In this document: one piece after another, positions 61,101 to 64,000 of the stretch
Position numbering within the stretch: the stretch's first letter is position 1
How the letters are laid out: each line of letters opens with the position of its first letter
Assembly: GCA_017616015.1 (NCBI GenBank)
Contig: JAFZYY010000029.1
Span: 2,101 to 66,100 of the forward strand
Length of the DNA stretch: 64,000 nucleotides
From: Alphaproteobacteria bacterium
GTDB taxonomy: Bacteria > Pseudomonadota > Alphaproteobacteria > CAAGCB01 > CAG-977
Direction of reading: 5' to 3'
Notes under the pieces: model-generated
Seen by the model: only the letters and a program-made list of their open reading frames with translations
What the model was told of the DNA's origin: nothing
The model's database searches: none
Translations under genes and position numbers: made by a program

Positions 61101-61593
61101 AAAAGGGATCGCTCAGAACGGTGTTTTGCGCCTGAGCGATTAACTCTTTCGCGCCCAGTTCGTCCAGAATGTCGAATTGAGGGGAAACGTCCGCTTCCAG
61201 CGGAAAACGTTTCAGCAACGATTGGCAAAATCCGTGCAGCGTCGTGACTTTTAACCCGCCCGCCGTATCCAATAATCGGGCGAACAGGCGTCGGGCTTCG
61301 GTGATTTTTTCAGCGCCGCCCGTCAGTGTGATTAGCTCCTTTTTCAGATCATCATCGCTTTCCGAAGCCCATTTTGCCAGACGGTCGGCGATTCTGTTCG
61401 CCATTTCCGCCGCGGCCGTGCGCGTGAACGTCAGACATAAAATTTTTTCGGGCGGCGTGCCGGTCAGCAGCAAATTCAGCACGCGGTCGGACAGCACTTT
61501 GGTTTTACCTGACCCCGCAGAGGCCGCCACCCAGGCGGAAGCGTCCGGATCGGCGGCTTTGCGTTGCAAATCGTTCGGATCGATCACAGCCAT
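58150..61593 (-). CDS. addA: Double-strand break repair helicase AddA (UvrD-like helicase plus C-terminal PD-(D/E)XK nuclease)
   Basis: Walker A AASAGSGKTKVL. UvrD-family motifs. 1147 aa. Confidence 0.85.
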   Translation of the reverse strand: MAVIDPNDLQRKAADPDASAWVAASAGSGKTKVLSDRVLNLLLTGTPPEKILCLTFTRTAAAEMANRIADRLAKWASESDDDLKKELITLTGGAEKITEARRLFARLLDTAGGLKVTTLHGFCQSLLKRFPLEADVSPQFDILDELGAKELIAQAQNTVLSDPFYETDLETVTNVTTEDGFLDVLTEMTAHLADLKRIAARFSSETEMYAAYEKKLDLPAGSTTDTLKQDFCRLSEDRRNDLKQAAAILSSSCDTDRNNAAVICRFLEGEPDILDAYLKVFLKADGEIKSPKNLTHKDSKAAEPIMIAEANRAERLLRRLKRLENLPLSLALFRIGSAILSRYTALKNDRGVMDYDDLIAATKALLNGSNAAAWVLFKLDGGIDHILVDEAQDTSPDQWAIIKALADEFFAGSGLRHTNRTLFAVGDKKQSIFSFQGAVPEEFENMRCFFKEKVETAGKKWNDVPMYISFRSVPAVIDAVNSVLQNPPARNGVAEENENVTHISWRKGQAGLTELWPTEKTQTNDTEKAFTKPVERVFSQTSSARLAAKIAQKIADMISSKEILESEGRPIRAGDILILVRRRNEFIADLSRELKTRGVSVAGVDRLKITSHIAVKDLMALGDVLLLPQDDLSLATVLRSPLCGISADDLSEEDLAKAKRLNMPLDGVSEKDLFALAYGRGETTLFDRLKTYEDKPETPLGKAYLFLKDLLARVDKMRPYELYSYILGPLGKQKAFVSRLGVQALDALDEFLSLALRHDLSEPPSLQNFLNSLRQNEIEIKRDPEQSGDVVRIMTVHAAKGLQAPVVFLPDTRQMTFFSPKTFWIKERDDMDGDLFFWSPKAEWRTDLIREDIEKQREKNKREYNRLLYVALTRAADRLYITGWDKKKLAEGNWYDLVKGGLETRAQEIKTDLFDDPVLRLTSAQEVPPEQKEQVSAACETAPLPDWIDKEAPAEPTPPRPLAPSRPDVEEPAPLSPLTQGRIAAMKRGRLVHALLEILPNYAAKDRLAAAQRLIALQMPEATETEQKQTTDSVLDLMNAPATAELFALPSLAEVPVSGVIGNRVINGQIDRVSVSDTEVRLIDYKTGRSIPDSAEKTPVAYIRQMAAYKAVMEKIYPDKKVRCFLLWTEAPKLIEITSVVCDTTEY

Positions 61594-64000
61594 CAGTCTT
61601 CCTCCCCGCGTTCGTTATCCGGATCGGCCGTCGCCCATTCGTCAAACCGCGCCAAGTGGTCGTAGTCATTGTATTTCAGGGAAACGCTGGTGTCCGGCGT
61701 TGCCAGATAAGGCGTCTTTTCATCGTCGTAAGTGTTGATTAAATCAATCAGATGCGCCAAAGTTTTTTCCGCCAAAGAATCAACTGGTTCTTTTAAAACG
61801 GAAATTTTACCGCCGTCCTGCGCGCCTTTCAGTTTCCAATATTCCAAAGCGGACGTTGTTTTGCCTTTGATTTTTTCAAAGCCGTCGCGCTGTAAAATCG
61901 CGGCTTCCAAAGGCAACTGCGGCGAATAACCGGCGACGACGGTTTTTTCTTTGGGAACTTCTCCCGTCTTATAGTCGATAATATGAACGGAGCCGTCTTT
62001 CATCGCGTCGATTCTGTCCGCGCGGCCGTACAGCCTGAATGCTCCGCCTTTAGTTTCAAACGTGAGCGCGCCTTCCTGTTCGCAGAAGATTTCGGAAATG
62101 TCGTCGACGCGTTCTTTCTGACGTTCGATAAACCATTTTAAAGCGGCGGTTAATCTCGGTTTCCAAAAAGCGGCGGCTGTTTGGGAAAAGTTCAACTCTT
62201 TGAACAATTTTTGTCCGATTTCCTGAATTTCGCTTTCCGCGCCGGCGGGCAGGGCGGAAGGATATTTTTTACAAAATTTTTCGACCGTTTTATGTACGAT
62301 CGTGCCATAGTCGGCGATATTGACTTCCTGTTCCAAATCGTCAAGCTTTTTCAGCCCCAGAATATGACGCGCGTAAATCGAATAGGGATCGCGCATCAGC
62401 GTTTCAACCATTGTCACGGACAGCTTTCTGGGTCGCGCGGAAACGGGCGGCATCGGAGCCGGAGGCCTGAACGATAAAACGGCGGCGGGCGTATCGATTT
62501 TTTCTGCCCAGGCTTGCCGGTTGCCCGTTTCAAATTTCAGTCCGGAAATTGCCAGAACTGTTTCCAGCCGCATCAGCCAGCGCGACGGGACGGTCGGCGT
62601 GCCGCCTTCTTTTAAAGAACGCGTGATGATCAATTTTTTCGCGCAAAATCCCTGCGTAAAGTCGTGCGCGGAAAGGGCTATTTTTCTTTCCGGCGAAGAC
62701 AGGCCGCACTGTTCCCTCATCGGGCGGGACAACCACGGATCGGCATCGGGAGTTTTCGGCCAGACGCCTTCGTTCAGGCCGCCTAAAATCAGCACATCGG
62801 GCTGAATTAAACGAGCCTCCATCGTGCCTAAAATATCCAGCCGCGTATGCATGCCGTATTTCGGGCGCACCGTCACCCCTTTAAACAAAGAGGACAGCAA
62901 AGACAGATATTCGGCGGGAGTCAGTTCTCCGATCAGAGGGGTTTGCTCTTTAAGCTCGGTCAGAAAAGCGGCGGCCGCTTCGCCCGCGTCTCCGCTCCAC
63001 AGTCTTTGCGCGCCCGTCCTGTCGTGACTTTCCGCCAAACGTTCGGCGGCGTTCAGATGAGCGTCCAACAGCGTTTCAAACGGGTAAGAATCCGAAGATG
63101 TCATCAGCGCGGAAAAATTTTCCAGACGGGTTTTTAAATCGGATACAAACTCTTTCAGATCGTCCGTGACGGCGCTTCTCAAACCGTCGAAGCCGTCGCC
63201 GGGACGTTTGCCGCGCAAAGCCGTCATTTCCAGTTTTCGGACGGTTGTTCTGAACTGTGCAAAGTCCTGCCCGCCCAACGCCATCGGGTGTTTCAGACAG
63301 GCCAGCAAAGCTGCCGGTGCCCAGTTGTTTACCGCCGCTTCGCCCAATAACAAAAGGAACGCCCCCGGTTCCGTCAGCGTTAAATTCGTTCCGGCGGAAT
63401 CGTCCATCGTGATTTTCCAGCGGTTCATTTCCGCGGCAACCCGTCTGGCCAAAGCGCGGTTCGGCGTAATCAGGGCGGCGGTTTTGCCGGGGGATTCCAA
63501 CGTTTCGCGTAAAATCAACGCGATGGCAAGCGCTTCTTCCCTTTCGGTAGCGCAGTCGATCTTTTCAATGCCTTCAATCGCTTCTTTTGTAAAAGGCTTG
63601 ATTGTCCGCCAATGATCCGTTGTTAAAGCGGGACGCATGGCTTCGCTGATCAGGCGCAGACGTTCCGTTCGCACGGGAGGCTGAGAGCCGAAAGGCAGAA
63701 CGTCCGCGCGGGTAATTCCTATTTTATCCAACAGTTTTTTCAGGTTGTACTGCGGGTGAGACGGTTCGTTTTTGCAGGCGTTGAAGCTTTCTTCGTCCGC
63801 AATCGTATCCAATCCCGGCAGAATGACTTTTCCGTTTTCCATCGAAGCGATCGCGTCCAACAGTTCCGCCGTTGCGGGCTGGGAACCGGTCGAACCGGCG
63901 GCAATCACGGGAAAATCGGGCGGCGTTTCGCGCCATATTTTAGCCTGAGCTTTGAACAGACGGACGCGGCGATCGGCGGCGTCAATAACGTTTTCTTCTT
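61593..64000 (-). CDS. addB: Double-strand break repair protein AddB, C-terminal approximately 800 aa; the gene continues beyond the window end
   Basis: Alphaproteobacterial AddB pattern. The frame stays open upstream of the listed GTG (…EENVIDAADRRVRLFKAQAKIWRETPPDFPVIAAGSTGSQ…) to position 64000. The stop overlaps the addA start. Confidence 0.75.
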   Translation of the reverse strand, partial: EENVIDAADRRVRLFKAQAKIWRETPPDFPVIAAGSTGSQPATAELLDAIASMENGKVILPGLDTIADEESFNACKNEPSHPQYNLKKLLDKIGITRADVLPFGSQPPVRTERLRLISEAMRPALTTDHWRTIKPFTKEAIEGIEKIDCATEREEALAIALILRETLESPGKTAALITPNRALARRVAAEMNRWKITMDDSAGTNLTLTEPGAFLLLLGEAAVNNWAPAALLACLKHPMALGGQDFAQFRTTVRKLEMTALRGKRPGDGFDGLRSAVTDDLKEFVSDLKTRLENFSALMTSSDSYPFETLLDAHLNAAERLAESHDRTGAQRLWSGDAGEAAAAFLTELKEQTPLIGELTPAEYLSLLSSLFKGVTVRPKYGMHTRLDILGTMEARLIQPDVLILGGLNEGVWPKTPDADPWLSRPMREQCGLSSPERKIALSAHDFTQGFCAKKLIITRSLKEGGTPTVPSRWLMRLETVLAISGLKFETGNRQAWAEKIDTPAAVLSFRPPAPMPPVSARPRKLSVTMVETLMRDPYSIYARHILGLKKLDDLEQEVNIADYGTIVHKTVEKFCKKYPSALPAGAESEIQEIGQKLFKELNFSQTAAAFWKPRLTAALKWFIERQKERVDDISEIFCEQEGALTFETKGGAFRLYGRADRIDAMKDGSVHIIDYKTGEVPKEKTVVAGYSPQLPLEAAILQRDGFEKIKGKTTSALEYWKLKGAQDGGKISVLKEPVDSLAEKTLAHLIDLINTYDDEKTPYLATPDTSVSLKYNDYDHLARFDEWATADPDNERGEED

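Overview
This 64 kb window is a chromosomal segment from an alphaproteobacterium, with roughly 50% GC. Most of it is a conserved housekeeping backbone, largely on the minus strand, with a gene order typical of Rhizobiales-like genomes: ftsK (5' part), a LON-domain protein, a YbbN-like thioredoxin, tRNA-Gly, gpsA, tsaD, hemX/hemY-like genes, rppH, a YibQ-like protein, ctpA, an M23 peptidase, gpmI, rlmH, rsfS, nadD, proA, proB, obg, rpmA and rplU. Further along are tRNA-Arg, znuCB/znuA, mutT, pgsA, murJ, glnD, mutS, a malic enzyme, an orphan sensor kinase, ampG, typA, an adenosine kinase, a CysZ-like protein, trxA, addA and addB (5' part).

Several accessory or unusual pieces sit inside this backbone.

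1. Between rplU and tRNA-Arg is a minus-strand cluster: an OmpA-like coiled-coil lipoprotein, two tandem and translationally coupled paralogous proteins that look like catalytically dead GGDEF-EAL tandem-domain proteins, and a DUF4339/AIM24-family protein.

2. Downstream of tRNA-Arg there are two degenerate copies of the tRNA 3' end, each carrying an identical 55-nt insertion in the T-loop, plus a duplicated terminator. This is followed by a small islet containing an HAD-IB phosphatase, a glycerol-1-phosphate-dehydrogenase-like enzyme, a hypothetical protein, AT-rich spacers and an orphan PilT-like ATPase.

3. A Memo(MEMO1)-AMMECR1 fusion protein that carries a Sec signal peptide lies directly downstream of znuA, apparently in an operon with mutT and pgsA. 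No radical-SAM partner is present.

4. A low-GC stretch holds a lipoprotein gene that may be frameshifted and a Cys-rich secreted repeat protein fused onto the murJ-glnD-mutS operon.

5. A small autotransporter lies behind a 370-bp AT-rich region.

6. RsfS carries a histone-H1-like lysine-rich N-terminal extension.

7. The thioredoxin has a CSPC active site instead of the usual CGPC.

No CRISPR array, integrase or transposase was seen. I could not run any searches, so all family assignments come from motif recognition in the supplied translations.
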